Part shown: positions 28,048-39,218 of the stretch, in pieces
How positions within the stretch are numbered: the stretch's first letter is position 1
Layout of the letters: each line of letters opens with the position of its first letter
From: an uncultured Campylobacterales bacterium
Lineage (GTDB): Bacteria; Campylobacterota; Campylobacteria; Campylobacterales; Sulfurimonadaceae
Direction: 5' to 3'
NCBI GenBank assembly: GCA_964014335.1
Contig: CAXGZT010000001.1
Span: forward strand, 926-64,925
Length of the DNA stretch: 64,000 nucleotides
The notes under the pieces: model-generated
Told to the model about the DNA's origin: nothing
The model's database searches: none
The model's input: only the letters and a program-made list of their open reading frames with translations
Made by a program: the position numbers and the translations under genes

Positions 28048-28491
28048 TTATCCTTTTAGACGATCAAGCGCGTTGATTGTCGCACGTACAACCGTTGACG
28101 GGTTGTTTGATCCGATAGATTTAGTCAAGATATCCTGGAAGCCCGCAAGTTCAAGAACCGGACGCATCGCACCACCGGCGATAAGACCAGTACCTTCAGA
28201 TGCCGGACGCATTACGATGCGAGATCCGTTGAACTTCTCTTCGATATCGTGAGCAATAGTCGTACCTTTGATACTTACGTTAGTAATGTTCTTAAATGCA
28301 TTATCTACTGCTTTTTTGATAGCGTCAGGAACTTCTTTCGCTTTTCCGTAACCATAGCCGACTTGACCATTTTTGTTACCTACTACGATAAGCGCAGTAA
28401 AACGGAAACGACGACCACCCTTAACAACTTTTGTTACACGACCGATGTTTACAATCGATTCTTCAAATTCGTCTCTATTGATTTCCATCAT
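28048..28491 (-). CDS. rpsE: 30S ribosomal protein S5
   Basis: [22 protein letters not shown] motif. Confidence 0.97.
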   Translation of the reverse strand: MMEINRDEFEESIVNIGRVTKVVKGGRRFRFTALIVVGNKNGQVGYGYGKAKEVPDAIKKAVDNAFKNITNVSIKGTTIAHDIEEKFNGSRIVMRPASEGTGLIAGGAMRPVLELAGFQDILTKSIGSNNPSTVVRATINALDRLKG

Positions 28492-28497
28492 ACAGCC

Positions 28498-28854
28498 TTA
28501 CATCGAGATTTCATTAGCGCGTACAGCGTCACCAAACGCTTTTACAACACCATGATAGATATAACCATTACGGTCAAAAGTAACTTCAGAGATACCGGCA
28601 GCTTTAAGAGCGGCAGCCATGGCTTCACCGACTTTAGCAGCATCTTCTTTGTTTGCTTTCAGGTTCAAAGCTTTTGAGTGCACAGAAGCCAAAGTCGTTC
28701 CTGTTGCATCATCAATCGCTTGAGCAGAGATAAAACGGTTAGAACGGAACACTGAAAGACGTGGACGCGCTGCATAACCAGAAATTTTACCACGGATACG
28801 GCGCTTACGCTGAATACGTGTTTTGTTTTTAGTTTTTAATACTTTTGCGTTCAT
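28498..28854 (-). CDS. rplR: 50S ribosomal protein L18
   Basis: RPRLSVFRSNRFISAQAIDD motif. Confidence 0.96.
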   Translation of the reverse strand: MNAKVLKTKNKTRIQRKRRIRGKISGYAARPRLSVFRSNRFISAQAIDDATGTTLASVHSKALNLKANKEDAAKVGEAMAAALKAAGISEVTFDRNGYIYHGVVKAFGDAVRANEISM

Positions 28855-29390
28855 TATTTCGCTCCTGTCTTACCAGCTTTACGTACAATATGCTCTTCAA
28901 CATATTTAACACCTTTACCCTTGTAAGGCTCAGGTGGACGGAAAGCACGGATCTCAGCTGCAGCTTGACCAACTTGTTGGTTGTCACTACCTTTGATAGT
29001 AATGACATTTTTATCTACAGACATTTCAAGACCATCTACGATATCGTAGTTGATATCATGAGAGTGTCCAAGTTGAAGGTTAAGTACCTTACCCTTTACC
29101 GCTGCTCTGTAACCAACTCCGTTGATCTCAAGCTGCTTAGTAAAGCCAGTAGTCAAACCTTTTACAATGTTTGCAGCCAGTGCACGGTATGTACCCCAGA
29201 AAGCACGGTCTTCACGAGCATCAGACTTAGTAGAAAAAGTCAAAACCTGACCGTCCAAAGCGATACCAACATTTCCTTTAGTATCAAGAGTACGCGTGTT
29301 TTTGCCTTTTTCAAAAGATATAACATCTCCATCAACACTGATTTTAATATCAGCCGGAGCTTCGACAGGTAATTTACCAATACGTGACAT
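28854..29390 (-). CDS. rplF: 50S ribosomal protein L6
   Basis: [10 protein letters not shown]-terminus and operon position. Confidence 0.97.
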   Translation of the reverse strand: MSRIGKLPVEAPADIKISVDGDVISFEKGKNTRTLDTKGNVGIALDGQVLTFSTKSDAREDRAFWGTYRALAANIVKGLTTGFTKQLEINGVGYRAAVKGKVLNLQLGHSHDINYDIVDGLEMSVDKNVITIKGSDNQQVGQAAAEIRAFRPPEPYKGKGVKYVEEHIVRKAGKTGAK

Positions 29391-29399
29391 GTTATCTCC

Positions 29400-29795
29400 T
29401 TACCAAACTGTACAAAGGACTTCTCCACCAATGCCAAGCTCGAAAGCTTTGTCATTAGGAAGAACACCCTTAGATGTAGATACTACGATAGTACCGTAGC
29501 CGTTTTTAAAACGTTTAATCTCTGAAGCTGGCTTGTATACACGACGGCCAGGCTTAGAAACGCGTTTCATCTCATTGATCACTGTCTTACCAGCATCGTC
29601 ATACTTAAGTACGACGTTGATCGATTTTTTAACACCGTCTTCAAGAACGTTAAAGCTATCGATGTAGCCCTTGTCTTGAAGAATCGCAACCATTGCTTCT
29701 ACACTTTTAGAGTGAAGAAGAGTAGTGGCGTCTAAACGTCTCATTGATGCATTACGGATACGCGTCAATGAGTCTGAAATTAAATCATTTACCAT
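29400..29795 (-). CDS. rpsH: 30S ribosomal protein S8
   Basis: [18 protein letters not shown]-terminus. Confidence 0.97.
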   Translation of the reverse strand: MVNDLISDSLTRIRNASMRRLDATTLLHSKSVEAMVAILQDKGYIDSFNVLEDGVKKSINVVLKYDDAGKTVINEMKRVSKPGRRVYKPASEIKRFKNGYGTIVVSTSKGVLPNDKAFELGIGGEVLCTVW

Positions 29796-29860
29796 TTTTT
29801 TTCCTTATTTGCTAAATATACCGAATATATTTGCGATTGTTAGGAGTTTCGAGCCGATTA

Positions 29861-30046
29861 CTACCAGCTTGACTTTCTAACACCTGGGATTAGACCCTCG
29901 TTTGCCATTTTTCTAAAACATACACGACAAATACCAAAGTCACGAAGAACAGAGTGTGGGCGACCACAGATCTGACAGCGAGTATAAGCGCGTACAGCAA
30001 ACTTTGGAGTACGCTTTTGTTTTGCGATCATTGACTTCTTAGCCAT
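29861..30046 (-). CDS. rpsZ: 30S ribosomal protein S14 (type Z, zinc-ribbon)
   Basis: 61 aa, with [10 protein letters not shown]...CRVCFR. Confidence 0.96.
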   Translation of the reverse strand: MAKKSMIAKQKRTPKFAVRAYTRCQICGRPHSVLRDFGICRVCFRKMANEGLIPGVRKSSW

Positions 30047-30596
30047 TTTGAGATCCTTTTGTAAATGGCATACCGAATTTTTCTAATAAAGCGAATGCTT
30101 CAGTATCAGATTCAGTAGATGTTACCATTGTAATATTCATACCGTGAACTTGCATGATTGAATCATACTCGATCTCAGGGAAGATCAACTGCTCGGTAAG
30201 ACCGAAGTTAAAGTTACCATGACCGTCAAAACCGTTACGCTTGATACCACGGAAATCTTTCACACGCGGAAGCGCGATAGAGATCAGCTTGTCAACGAAG
30301 TTATACATGTTTTCACCACGAAGTGTCACACGGATACCTACCGGCATACCTTCACGAACCTTGAAACCTGCAACAGATTTCTTAGCCGTAACGATTGCAG
30401 CACGCTGACCAGCGATAATACTGATAGTATCAGCGATGTTCTGGATAAGCTTAGTATCTTTCATTGCAAAACCGGCACCAACAGAGATGATGACTTTTTC
30501 TAGTTTTGGTGTTTTCATTACATTTTTGATCTCTAGCTCTTTTTGAAGAGCCGGAGCGATCTCAGATGTGAAACGTTCTTTTAATCTAGCACCCAT
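30039..30596 (-). CDS. rplE: 50S ribosomal protein L5
   Basis: RLKERF...; [28 protein letters not shown]. Confidence 0.96.
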   Translation of the reverse strand: MGARLKERFTSEIAPALQKELEIKNVMKTPKLEKVIISVGAGFAMKDTKLIQNIADTISIIAGQRAAIVTAKKSVAGFKVREGMPVGIRVTLRGENMYNFVDKLISIALPRVKDFRGIKRNGFDGHGNFNFGLTEQLIFPEIEYDSIMQVHGMNITMVTSTESDTEAFALLEKFGMPFTKGSQNG

Positions 30597-30598
30597 AA

Positions 30599-30829
30599 TT
30601 ACGCCTCCACTTTACGAACATTAGAGACATCCATCGGCATCTCTTTATTCATGAAGCCACCCTTAGGGTTCTCTTCAGTTGGCTTGACAGTTTTCTTTGC
30701 AATCTTACAGCCCGCAACGATCACTTTACCCTCTTTAGGCATTACTTTAAGCACTTCTGCTTTAGTACCCTTGTCATTTCCGGCGATTACTTCTACAGTA
30801 TCACCTTTTTTGAATGCAATTTTTGCCAT
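30599..30829 (-). CDS. rplX: 50S ribosomal protein L24
   Basis: [15 protein letters not shown] (KOW motif). Confidence 0.96.
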   Translation of the reverse strand: MAKIAFKKGDTVEVIAGNDKGTKAEVLKVMPKEGKVIVAGCKIAKKTVKPTEENPKGGFMNKEMPMDVSNVRKVEA

Positions 30830-31197
30830 TATACGACCTCCGGTGCCAGAGATACGATTTTCATGAAACCAGCGTAACGTACTTCACGGCTAACAGGGCC
30901 GAAAATACGAGTACCTATTGGCTCTTTCTTCGCATCTAGGATTACAGCTGCATTATCGTCGAAACGGATAAGAGAACCGTTTTCACGTTGAACCTCTTTT
31001 TTCGTACGAACGATAACCGCTTTGACTACAGCGCCTTTTTTTACTTTTCCCGTTGGAGTCGCTTTCTTTACAGAAGCAACAATTACATCACCAACAGAAG
31101 CGTAACGGCGCTTAGAACCGCCAAGTACTTTGATACACATGATCTCTTTAGCACCTGTATTGTCTGCTACGTTTAATCGTGAGAAACCTTGAATCAT
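30829..31197 (-). CDS. rplN: 50S ribosomal protein L14
   Basis: [19 protein letters not shown]-terminus. Confidence 0.97.
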   Translation of the reverse strand: MIQGFSRLNVADNTGAKEIMCIKVLGGSKRRYASVGDVIVASVKKATPTGKVKKGAVVKAVIVRTKKEVQRENGSLIRFDDNAAVILDAKKEPIGTRIFGPVSREVRYAGFMKIVSLAPEVV

Positions 31198-31445
31198 TAC
31201 TTAGCTCCTACTACAACGCTTTTCAAACGGAAAGACTTGCGCTTAGAGATCGGTGCACATTCGATTGCAATAATCTCGTCACCAACATTAAGTTCGTTCT
31301 TCTCATCATGAATAACGTATTTTTTAAACTTCTTGACAACCTTGTGATAACGAGAGTGCATTACACGACGCTCTACAACCATAGTTGCAGACTTATCACC
31401 GGCGATTGTTACTACTTTACCTTGAATTTCTCTTTTATGTGTCAT
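31197..31445 (-). CDS. rpsQ: 30S ribosomal protein S17
   Basis: [27 protein letters not shown]. Confidence 0.96.
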   Translation of the reverse strand: MTHKREIQGKVVTIAGDKSATMVVERRVMHSRYHKVVKKFKKYVIHDEKNELNVGDEIIAIECAPISKRKSFRLKSVVVGAK

Positions 31446-31455
31446 TCAAGTCTCC

Positions 31456-31647
31456 TTACGCGTTTGCTAGCACACGAAGTGCTGTCTGGATACGTGCAAT
31501 ATCTTTCTTAGCAACACGAAGTTCGCTAGTGTTTTGAAGTTGCATCATTTGCTTTTTGATCTTCAGCGTGAAAAGCTCAGTTTTCTTCTCTTTTAAAAGA
31601 GCGTTCAGATCAGCTACGTTTTTATCTGCTAAATCAGAATATTTCAT
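31456..31647 (-). CDS. rpmC: 50S ribosomal protein L29
   Basis: 63 aa with an L29-like helical sequence. Lies between rplP and rpsQ. Confidence 0.93.
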   Translation of the reverse strand: MKYSDLADKNVADLNALLKEKKTELFTLKIKKQMMQLQNTSELRVAKKDIARIQTALRVLANA

Positions 31648-32059
31648 TGTTCATCTCCGCAGTAATGATTTTTGTTTTGAATGGAAGCTTGTGCATTGCA
31701 AGGATCAGTGCTTCACGTGCAAGATCTTCTTCTACACCAGCCATTTCAAAAATTACACGACCTGGCTTGATATTCATAGCCCAGTGATCGATAGGACCTT
31801 TACCCTTACCCATACGTACTTCAAGAGGACGTTTTGTGATAGGCTTGTCAGGGAAAACACGAATCCAGATCTTACCTTGACGCTTAATCTTACGAGTCGA
31901 AGTGATACGAGCCGCTTCGATCTGGCGAGAATTAATACGTCCGGCTTCAACCGCTTTGATCGCGATATCGCCGAAAGCAAGTTTGTTACCGCTGCTCGCT
32001 TTACCACGATTACGGCCTTTCATCTGCTTTCTGTATTTAGTTCTTTTTGGCATCAACAT
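31634..32059 (-). CDS. rplP: 50S ribosomal protein L16
   Basis: [20 protein letters not shown]-terminus. Confidence 0.97.
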   Translation of the reverse strand: MLMPKRTKYRKQMKGRNRGKASSGNKLAFGDIAIKAVEAGRINSRQIEAARITSTRKIKRQGKIWIRVFPDKPITKRPLEVRMGKGKGPIDHWAMNIKPGRVIFEMAGVEEDLAREALILAMHKLPFKTKIITAEMNNEIF

Positions 32060-32061
32060 GA

Positions 32062-32778
32062 TTATTCAGCCTTTCCGCTATTTTCGCGTTTTGGAGCACG
32101 TTTAGGACGGCGCTCTTTTTTCTCTTCAACAGCTTCGGCAGGAATACCTTTAGAAAGTACCTCGCCTTTGAAGACCCAAACTTTAATACCGATAATTCCG
32201 TATGTAGTTTGAGCTTCAGCGAAACCGTAATCGATCTTTGCACGAAGAGTATGAAGAGGAACACGTCCCTCTCTATACCACTCAGTACGTGCCATTTCAG
32301 CACCACCGAGACGACCAGCTACTGCAATCTTGATACCTTTTGCACCGGCACGAAGAGCATTTTGCATAACTTTTTTCATCGCACGGCGGAAGGCAACACG
32401 ACGCTCAAGTTGAGTCGCTACGTTCTCTGCAACAAGTTGACCAGAGATCATCGCTTTTTTCTCTTCTTTAATATTGATGGCAACTGTTTTGCCGATCAAG
32501 TTTTGAAGACGAGTTTTAAGCTTCTCGATATCTGCACCTTTTTTCCCGATGATGATACCAGGACGGGCTGCTACCAGAGTAACGCGAAGGCGCTTAGCAG
32601 TACGCTCGATGATGATATTAGAGATACCAGCATAGTAAAGCTCTTTTTTCAAGAACGTACGGATTTTGTGATCTTCACCAAGACTTGCAGGTGCATTCTT
32701 GAAATCAGGATACCAGCGGCTTTCCCAGTTTCTATTGATGCCCAGGCGTAGTCCAATAGGATTTACTTTATGACCCAT
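32062..32778 (-). CDS. rpsC: 30S ribosomal protein S3
   Basis: [24 protein letters not shown]-terminus. Confidence 0.97.
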   Translation of the reverse strand: MGHKVNPIGLRLGINRNWESRWYPDFKNAPASLGEDHKIRTFLKKELYYAGISNIIIERTAKRLRVTLVAARPGIIIGKKGADIEKLKTRLQNLIGKTVAINIKEEKKAMISGQLVAENVATQLERRVAFRRAMKKVMQNALRAGAKGIKIAVAGRLGGAEMARTEWYREGRVPLHTLRAKIDYGFAEAQTTYGIIGIKVWVFKGEVLSKGIPAEAVEEKKERRPKRAPKRENSGKAE

Positions 32779-32779
32779 T

Positions 32780-33097
32780 CTATTTGCCCTCTACTTCTAC
32801 TAAGATGTGTGCTGTCGGTTTGCGGATACCTGAAGCCATACCACGAGCACGTGGACGGAAACGTTTAAGTACCGGACCTGCATCAACACGACAAGATGTG
32901 ATAACACAATCTTCAGGTTCTTGACCAGCGTTTGCTACTGCAGAAGCAATAACTTTAGAGATGATCTTTGCCGCTTTGTTCGGAGTGAATTCTAAAGCTG
33001 CAAGAGCCTCTTCAGCGTTCATACCTTGAACTTCTCTTGCGATTAGGCGAGATTTAATCGGTGAAACACGGATAAATTTTAATAATGCTCTAGCCAT
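32780..33097 (-). CDS. rplV: 50S ribosomal protein L22
   Basis: [16 protein letters not shown] and operon position. Confidence 0.96.
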   Translation of the reverse strand: MARALLKFIRVSPIKSRLIAREVQGMNAEEALAALEFTPNKAAKIISKVIASAVANAGQEPEDCVITSCRVDAGPVLKRFRPRARGMASGIRKPTAHILVEVEGK

Positions 33098-33099
33098 GA

Positions 33100-33378
33100 T
33101 TAACCCACCTTCTTCTGTACAGAACCCTTATGGCCCTTGAATGTACGCGTTGGAGCAAATTCTCCAAATTTATAACCAATGTGGTTCTCTGTGATATATA
33201 CAGGAACAAATTGGCGACCGTTGTGTACGTTGAACGTAAGACCAACCATATCTGGAAGGATCATAGAACGACGTGACCACGTTTTAATTGGTTTATTGTT
33301 TTTAGTCTCTTTTGCAGTGATCACTTTTTTCATTAGGTGAGCGTCTACAAATGGACCTTTTTTTACTGAACGAGCCAT
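33100..33378 (-). CDS. rpsS: 30S ribosomal protein S19
   Basis: [13 protein letters not shown]-terminus. Confidence 0.97.
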   Translation of the reverse strand: MARSVKKGPFVDAHLMKKVITAKETKNNKPIKTWSRRSMILPDMVGLTFNVHNGRQFVPVYITENHIGYKFGEFAPTRTFKGHKGSVQKKVG

Positions 33379-33379
33379 A

Positions 33380-34225
33380 TTAGCCTACCCTTTTCGCATT
33401 TGGTTTACGACGTGTAATAATAAGTTTATCACTTGCTTTCTTACGACGAGTCTTCGCACCCTTAGTCGGTTTACCCCATGGAGTAACTGGATGACGACCT
33501 GAGTTTGTTTTACCTTCACCACCACCGTGCGGGTGATCAATCGGGTTCATCGCAGAACCACGAGTCTGAGGACGAATACCAAGGTGACGAGAACGACCAG
33601 CCTTAGCGATAACGATGTTACCGAACTCTTCATTACCTACAGAACCGATAGTAGCGATACACTCACCCAATACGTAACGCATCTCAGAAGATGGGAGACG
33701 AAGTGAAACGTATTTTCCCTCACGACCCATGATTTGAGCAGAACCGCCGGCAGTACGAACCATCTGGCCGCCTTTACCAGGTTTCATCTCAATGTTGTGA
33801 ACCAAGGTACCCACTGGAATGTTCATTAGTTTCATCGCGTTACCAGGCTTGATATCAAGACCAGAAGCAGATGATTGAATAACATCACCAACATTAAGGT
33901 CTTTTGCTTGAAGCACATAACGCTTCTCGCCATCAGCATAGTTAATAAGTGCGATACGACAGTTACGGTACGGGTCGTACTCGATCGCTACAACTGTTCC
34001 CGGGATATCAAACTTGTTACGTTTGAAATCGATGATACGGTAAAGCTTTTTAGCTCCCGCTTGCTTGTGGCGAGATGTAATACGACCATTGTTGTTACGA
34101 CCAGCAGTTGTTGGTAGTTTTTTCAACAGTGAACGAACACTCGCCTTAGCAGTGATGTCTGAACTGTCAACGTTTGTATAGAAACGACGACTCGGTGTGA
34201 CCGGTTTATATGTTTTAATAGCCAT
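33380..34225 (-). CDS. rplB: 50S ribosomal protein L2
   Basis: [15 protein letters not shown]...; [14 protein letters not shown]. Confidence 0.97.
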   Translation of the reverse strand: MAIKTYKPVTPSRRFYTNVDSSDITAKASVRSLLKKLPTTAGRNNNGRITSRHKQAGAKKLYRIIDFKRNKFDIPGTVVAIEYDPYRNCRIALINYADGEKRYVLQAKDLNVGDVIQSSASGLDIKPGNAMKLMNIPVGTLVHNIEMKPGKGGQMVRTAGGSAQIMGREGKYVSLRLPSSEMRYVLGECIATIGSVGNEEFGNIVIAKAGRSRHLGIRPQTRGSAMNPIDHPHGGGEGKTNSGRHPVTPWGKPTKGAKTRRKKASDKLIITRRKPNAKRVG

Positions 34226-34226
34226 C

Positions 34227-34508
34227 TTATACCGCCAAACTTTGAATTTCTGCGCCCTCTGGTAGAGTCACATAAAACTTTTTGAAGTCATTCTGTTTAC
34301 CAGCTACGCCACGGAAACGTTTAACTTTTCCGTTTTGATTTAAAGAGTTAACGCGAAGTGGCTTGATGCCGAAGTACTCGCGGAAAACTTCTTTAAGACC
34401 GTTTTTAGTCATACGAGGAGATGTCTGAACAACGATCACGCCATCTTCTTGAAGACCTAAAGATTTCTCAGTATAAAGAATCGCTTTGATATCTGTAATA
34501 TCTGCCAT
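34227..34508 (-). CDS. rplW: 50S ribosomal protein L23
   Basis: 93 aa, L23-like, between rplD and rplB. Confidence 0.94.
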   Translation of the reverse strand: MADITDIKAILYTEKSLGLQEDGVIVVQTSPRMTKNGLKEVFREYFGIKPLRVNSLNQNGKVKRFRGVAGKQNDFKKFYVTLPEGAEIQSLAV

Positions 34509-34509
34509 C

Positions 34510-35121
34510 TTAAGCTCCCTCTACTAGTTTGTCAAAAACTGCTTTTTCAATTACTACAGAGCGAAATGTAGCTGCAAGATAAGCGTTTAATTCGTTACCT
34601 TCGATAAGGTAAGATTTATCAATGTTTCTGAAAGCTAAAAATGTTTTATCATCAATAAGCTCTTTAACGATCAACACATCACGTTGACCAAGTTTGTTGA
34701 AGATTGCCTGTGCATCTTTAGTTTTTCCAGATTCGACTGAAATAGAATCAACGATGAAAAGCTTACCTTCATCAGCAAGAGAGTTAAGTGCACAGTTAAG
34801 AGCAACTTTCTTCTGCTTTTTGTTGATTTTTTGAACATAGTTACGGTTGTTTGAAGGACCGAAAACAGTTCCACCGCCAACCCAGATAGGTGAACGAGTC
34901 GAACCGGCACGAGCACCACCACGACCTTTTTGAGCCCATGGCTTCTTACCACCACCGCTTACTTCACCACGAGTTTTCGTTTGTGCAGTGTTAGAACGTA
35001 AAGATGCTTGGTATGATTTAACATATAACCAAACGTTGTGTGGGTTAATACCCTTGTAAGACTCAGGAAGAGCTACTTTAGAAGCCTCTTCGAATTTGTC
35101 ATTAAGTACAATTGCGCTCAT
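34510..35121 (-). CDS. rplD: 50S ribosomal protein L4
   Basis: [24 protein letters not shown] motif. Confidence 0.96.
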   Translation of the reverse strand: MSAIVLNDKFEEASKVALPESYKGINPHNVWLYVKSYQASLRSNTAQTKTRGEVSGGGKKPWAQKGRGGARAGSTRSPIWVGGGTVFGPSNNRNYVQKINKKQKKVALNCALNSLADEGKLFIVDSISVESGKTKDAQAIFNKLGQRDVLIVKELIDDKTFLAFRNIDKSYLIEGNELNAYLAATFRSVVIEKAVFDKLVEGA

Positions 35122-35699
35122 TATTTAGCAACCTTTACACGACCTAGTCCACCGTTGGCACCTGGAACAGAACCTTTAACAGCAAGGATTCCGTTTTCAG
35201 CGTCATAAGAGACTACTTCGTTTTTAACAGTAACTTTTGCGTTACCGTATTGTCCAGACATTTTACGTCCTTTCATTACACGACCTGGCCATTCACAGTT
35301 ACCGATCGATCCACCAGTACGGTGAAAACGGTGACCGTGTGAACCTGGTCCACCACCAAAGTTCCAGCGTTTTACAACACCAGAAAAACCACGACCTTTA
35401 GAAGTCATCGAAGTCTTAAGAACTTTTGCTTCGCTAAGCGCTGAAAGATCTAAGTCACCCGCTTCAGTGTTTGCAACATTAAGCGTTGCGAAACGGTTGA
35501 AGTTAGCGTCCAAAGAGTATTTCTTCTGCTTACCAGCGATAGCTTTGTTCGCTTTTTTACCTGAACCGTATGCAACGATAGCAGTACCGTCTGTTACTTC
35601 ACATACCTTAGTCTCAACCACTTTAAGCAGTGTAACCGGTACCGAAGGAACAGTAATAGTACGACTCATGCCGATTTTTTCTACAATAAATTCCATCAA
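35121..35699 (-). CDS. rplC: 50S ribosomal protein L3
   Basis: [19 protein letters not shown] motif. Confidence 0.96.
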   Translation of the reverse strand: MMEFIVEKIGMSRTITVPSVPVTLLKVVETKVCEVTDGTAIVAYGSGKKANKAIAGKQKKYSLDANFNRFATLNVANTEAGDLDLSALSEAKVLKTSMTSKGRGFSGVVKRWNFGGGPGSHGHRFHRTGGSIGNCEWPGRVMKGRKMSGQYGNAKVTVKNEVVSYDAENGILAVKGSVPGANGGLGRVKVAK

Positions 35700-35706
35700 T
35701 TATTCC

Positions 35707-36018
35707 TTACTTGTCCATTGAACGTACTTCTACGTCAACTTCAGGTGCAAGATCTAGTTTCATCAGAGAGTCAACTGTATCAGGTGTCGCAGACACGATG
35801 TCAATAAGACGTGCGTGCAGACGAATTTCGAATTGCTCACGCGCTTTTTTATTAACGTGAACAGACTTAAGAACCGTATACTTACGGATCTTCGTAGGGA
35901 TAGGGATTGGCCCGCGGATTTCAGCACCAGTACGTTTTACAGCTTCAACAATTGAAGCGACTGATCTGTCAAGAACGCGGTGATCATAAGCTCTAAGCTT
36001 TAATCTAATTTTTTCCAT
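35707..36018 (-). CDS. rpsJ: 30S ribosomal protein S10
   Basis: [15 protein letters not shown]-terminus. First gene of the S10 operon. Confidence 0.97.
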   Translation of the reverse strand: MEKIRLKLRAYDHRVLDRSVASIVEAVKRTGAEIRGPIPIPTKIRKYTVLKSVHVNKKAREQFEIRLHARLIDIVSATPDTVDSLMKLDLAPEVDVEVRSMDK

Positions 36019-36328
36019 AATTTTCCTTTAAAGAACTCGTTAATTCCGCAGGTCTGCATAGCAAAAAAGCAGAACTAACCCAAATTGGAACGGAAATTAT
36101 AGCTGTTTAGTTTCATTCGGTCAAGGGTTTTAGGGGGATTGAAGGATATTTTACATCAATTTGTTTCCTTTTAAAAAGGAATGAGCTGCTCGGTAAAAGA
36201 ATAAAATGCTTGATAAACGGAATAAAATTTCGATAAACTGAAGAAAAAAAACCAACTGATTATTTTCTTCCTTTAAAAAAGGAAATGATATACTTGCATA
36301 AACGCCAAAATACTATAAAGGGTCGTTT

Positions 36329-37399
36329 ATGCTAGATGCCTTGTACAACTTATCCACCAGAAAGACAAACCTTGTGAGCAGGAAGCAACAGATATCTTCT
36401 GCCTTTACCATCATCAAAGGTGCTGGAAAGACAGGTAAAACATCTATTATCAAACAGTATCTTTCCGCCTTGCCAAGCTCTTCATACCTATACATAGATA
36501 TGAGTGACCTTCGGATAGATATCGAGACTGTCAGGCAAGAACTGATCCCCTTCTGCAGTGACCATGAGATAGATACCCTCGTTATAGAAAACTACACCAA
36601 AGCCATACCGCTTCCAAAGGTTTCCCAGATCATCCTCTCAACCGAAGAGGAGTTGGAGATAGAGGGCTTTGAGCATTTGAATGTCTATAATCTTGACTTT
36701 GAAGAGTTTCTTGCCTTCGACTCCCGTTACGACACCTTGGAAAATGCCTTTACCCACTTTCTGCAAACCGGTTCCTATCCGGAGCTTTATTTTGCGCATA
36801 GCGACAACAGACAGAAACAGCTCCAAAACATTCTCAGGCTATCGCTAACCCCCCTTGAACTGCAGATAATGATCCACTCCGCCAAACTTGTGGGTCAGAG
36901 GGTATCTGCTTTTCAGATGTTTGAGCGTCTGAAACTGCAGCAGAAACTTTCAAAAGATATGTTTTACAAGACCTTTTACGGGTTGATTGAAAAGGGGTAC
37001 CTCTACTGGGTTGAGAAGTATGAACATTCCCGTTCCGCCAAAAAGCTCTACACTCTGGACTTCAATATTAAAAATGCGCTTACTCTGCAAAAAGACTTTT
37101 CCAGACTCTTTGAGACACTTGTCTTTCTGGAGATGTTGAAAAAAGGCTCCGAGATCTATTATGCGGAAGGAATCGACTTTTATATGCCCAAAGAGAACCG
37201 TATCGTCCTGACTATGCCGTTTTCAAACGAAGATGTCCTTTTTAAAAAGATTGAGAGCATAGAAGCCTTTATCATAGAAAACGGCGTCTTGCATGTCGAA
37301 GTCGTCACGATGAGCGCAGAGACAAAGCTCGGACTCCCTTATGCGGTCATAGAGATGATGCCTTTTACCCAGTGGGCTATCGTAGCAGGAGAAGAGTAA
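36329..37399 (+). CDS. P-loop ATPase (AAA/DUF4143-like, COG1373-type)
   Basis: Walker A GAGKTGKTS near the N-terminus. Overall size and architecture resemble the 'ATPase + DUF4143' family. The family call is tentative. Confidence 0.55.
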   Translation: MLDALYNLSTRKTNLVSRKQQISSAFTIIKGAGKTGKTSIIKQYLSALPSSSYLYIDMSDLRIDIETVRQELIPFCSDHEIDTLVIENYTKAIPLPKVSQIILSTEEELEIEGFEHLNVYNLDFEEFLAFDSRYDTLENAFTHFLQTGSYPELYFAHSDNRQKQLQNILRLSLTPLELQIMIHSAKLVGQRVSAFQMFERLKLQQKLSKDMFYKTFYGLIEKGYLYWVEKYEHSRSAKKLYTLDFNIKNALTLQKDFSRLFETLVFLEMLKKGSEIYYAEGIDFYMPKENRIVLTMPFSNEDVLFKKIESIEAFIIENGVLHVEVVTMSAETKLGLPYAVIEMMPFTQWAIVAGEE

Positions 37400-37545
37400 A
37401 ACTCATGAATTGATTCTGAGGTACTCAGACCTGGAACCGAGGATTAGTTTAAACTGATATATATCATCAAAGAGACGTCTCTACTCCTGTTCTAATTCTA
37501 CTTTTGCTACTATTTCAAAAATTAACGATAAAAGAGAGCCTCCCT

Positions 37546-37962
37546 ATGACCCTAAGTGTTTTCACGAATACCCAGATCATCTCCCTGGAAGATGGTGCTG
37601 CCGACATGTTTATGAACTATATTCTTACGCCCGATGAATCCAGACAGGTCCAGGCGGTACAGACCTACGAAGAGAAGATGATGACACGCGCCATTAACCT
37701 TCCCCTGAGAAACGGTATAGATGAAGTCAACAAAAAAATGATCCTCGCGGGTCTGGCCGACCTTGAAACCGGAGACAGGTTCTTATGCAATAGGGCCAAT
37801 ATCACGGATACGGAATCGGCAGAAGCAAAATATTATCTTCGTTTAGTCGGGAACCTTAACAACGGACAGAACCTAAGCCCGGAGCAGGCACAGGCAAAAG
37901 CCAGAGCAGACGAGAAAGAGTTTGATATCTTGTCGAAGGCAGTTGAAGAGGATAAACAGTAG
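37546..37962 (+). CDS. Hypothetical protein
   Basis: ORF with coding-like composition and no recognised motif. Start at ATG 37546 or upstream at 37504. Confidence 0.4.
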   Translation: MTLSVFTNTQIISLEDGAADMFMNYILTPDESRQVQAVQTYEEKMMTRAINLPLRNGIDEVNKKMILAGLADLETGDRFLCNRANITDTESAEAKYYLRLVGNLNNGQNLSPEQAQAKARADEKEFDILSKAVEEDKQ

Positions 37963-38170
37963 GCCAAAAGGACGAAAACAGCGATCCAAATAGCTACTTT
38001 ATGTTCGCAAGTTCTTCCAATGACATCGATGCGGCGATACGGTAACCCTGAAATCGGTCTATCCCTATTATCTTTAATGTCGTTGTATATCCTCTCTGAT
38101 GCCGCATACTCCGCTACCCTCTTGCGATCTACTTTTCGGCAAAGAAGTGTATTGTCGCGACGTCGATGTG

Positions 38171-38202
38171 CTAACACTCGGCTAACACAGCTACGTCATA
38201 CT
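38171..38202 (+). promoter_or_regulatory. Direct-repeat operator + -10 box (promoter of peptide genes 1-2)
   Basis: CTAACAC-TCGG-CTAACAC-N8-CATACT. Same architecture as 38726, 39219 and 43267(-). Confidence 0.6.
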
Positions 38203-38231
38203 GCCTCATCCAAATATTAAGAGGAACAAAC

Positions 38232-38366
38232 ATGAAAAAAAGTATCGCAGTGATTTCATTATTGATCGCATTCAGTTCGAGCGCATTCGCTCATCACATG
38301 GCAGTATATGACGGTGCCGGTATCAATATCCCGGACTCTTCTCCGCACTTGGACATGGTATTTTAG
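38232..38366 (+). CDS. Secreted mini-peptide precursor 1 (signal peptide + 24-aa HHM...HxxM peptide)
   Basis: MKKSIAVISLLIAFSSSAFA|HHMAVYDGAGINIPDSSPHLDMVF. AGAGGA SD. Below the ORF-track size cutoff. Confidence 0.8.
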   Translation: MKKSIAVISLLIAFSSSAFAHHMAVYDGAGINIPDSSPHLDMVF

Positions 38367-38420
38367 ATCCTGTTCTTAATACAGAAATAAAAACGTAAAT
38401 TTTAAAACAAGGAAACGAAA

Positions 38421-38555
38421 ATGAAAAAAAGTATCGCAGTAATTACATTATTAATCGCATTCGGTTCGAGCGCATTTGCTCATCACATGGCAGTATATGA
38501 GGATGCAGGTATCAATATCCCGGACTCCTCTCCGCATTTGCTAATGGTATTTTAA
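38421..38555 (+). CDS. Secreted mini-peptide precursor 2
   Basis: MKKSIAVITLLIAFGSSAFA|HHMAVYEDAGINIPDSSPHLLMVF. AAGGAAA SD. The mature part is identical to peptide 5 despite 10 synonymous codon differences. Confidence 0.85.
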   Translation: MKKSIAVITLLIAFGSSAFAHHMAVYEDAGINIPDSSPHLLMVF

Positions 38556-38585
38556 TCTCCTCAATTACGCAAAAAACAGAAGAGA

Positions 38586-38605
38586 CAGGCTTTTTATTCA
38601 GCCTG
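38586..38605 (+). terminator. Hairpin after peptide gene 2
   Basis: CAGGCT-ttttattc-AGCCTG, 30 nt after the stop. Confidence 0.4.
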
Positions 38606-38725
38606 CCTCAATCCCCTTATGCTTCTTCATCCGCATATCCTTTTTAAAAACAGACCCTTACACCGAGACAAGCCTGTCGTCGATCAAAACAGGTAAAAAA
38701 CTTATCCGCACCGGCATATCCGAAG

Positions 38726-38757
38726 GTAATATTCGGCTAACACTTCTTCGATATAAT
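38726..38757 (+). promoter_or_regulatory. Direct-repeat operator + -10 box (promoter of the K/Q/G-rich protein gene)
   Basis: GTAATAT-TCGG-CTAACAC-N8-TATAAT. The upstream half-site is degenerate. Confidence 0.5.
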
Positions 38758-38783
38758 ATTTCAACCAACCAAAAGGATTAGAT

Positions 38784-39047
38784 ATGAAAAAAATTATAAT
38801 TGCACTGGCAGCCTTCTCCTTGCTTACTCTTCCTGCAGCCCTTGCAAAAGGTGCCAAGGGCGGCGGCGGAAAAAATGGCGGCGGCATGTATAAAAGCGGC
38901 TCGAAAAACAAAACCCAGAACAAACATGAATATAAGTACCAGTACAAGAGTAAAGGCGATAGTCAGCAAAACCGGTATCAGAACCAAAACCAAGAGAGGA
39001 CTGTACAGGGAAAAAGTAACCAAGAGCAGAAAAAAAGCAAGAAATAA
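38784..39047 (+). CDS. Secreted low-complexity K/Q/N/G-rich mini-protein
   Basis: Signal peptide MKKIIIALAAFSLLTLPAALA, then GAKGGGGKNGGGMYKSGSKNKTQNKHEYKYQYKSK...QEQKKSKK. AAAGGA SD. Confidence 0.65.
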   Translation: MKKIIIALAAFSLLTLPAALAKGAKGGGGKNGGGMYKSGSKNKTQNKHEYKYQYKSKGDSQQNRYQNQNQERTVQGKSNQEQKKSKK

Positions 39048-39080
39048 GGCCTTCTTTCATTTACGTTCAGATTCCCTTTG

Positions 39081-39102
39081 GCCGCAGAGACTCTTCTGTG
39101 GC
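39081..39102 (+). terminator. Hairpin after the K/Q/G-rich gene
   Basis: GCCGCAGAG-actc-TTCTGTGGC, 9 bp with two G-U pairs. Confidence 0.4.
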
Positions 39103-39218
39103 AGCTCTCTTCTAAAAATCCGCGCAATTTATCAAAGTAGCATTTGCCTGCTATCATCATCGAGGATCATAGTCCTTTTCATCCTCCACTCCATTTTCTC
39201 CCTTCCTTATCAGAGGAA

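Noticed and set aside
28249-32751. Long plus-strand ORFs inside the ribosomal protein cluster (e.g. 28249-28677, 28845-29372, 31556-32212, 32209-32751)
   Set aside because: They lie antisense to unmistakable ribosomal protein genes. They have odd composition (Phe/Ser/Thr/Cys-rich), no SD or start context and no recognisable motifs. They are shadow ORFs.
25376-36018. Absence of rpmD (L30) and adk from the spc/secY region, and absence of rpmJ-rpsM-rpsK-rpsD-rpoA after infA
   Set aside because: As far as I recall this is the usual arrangement in Campylobacterota, not an anomaly of this window.
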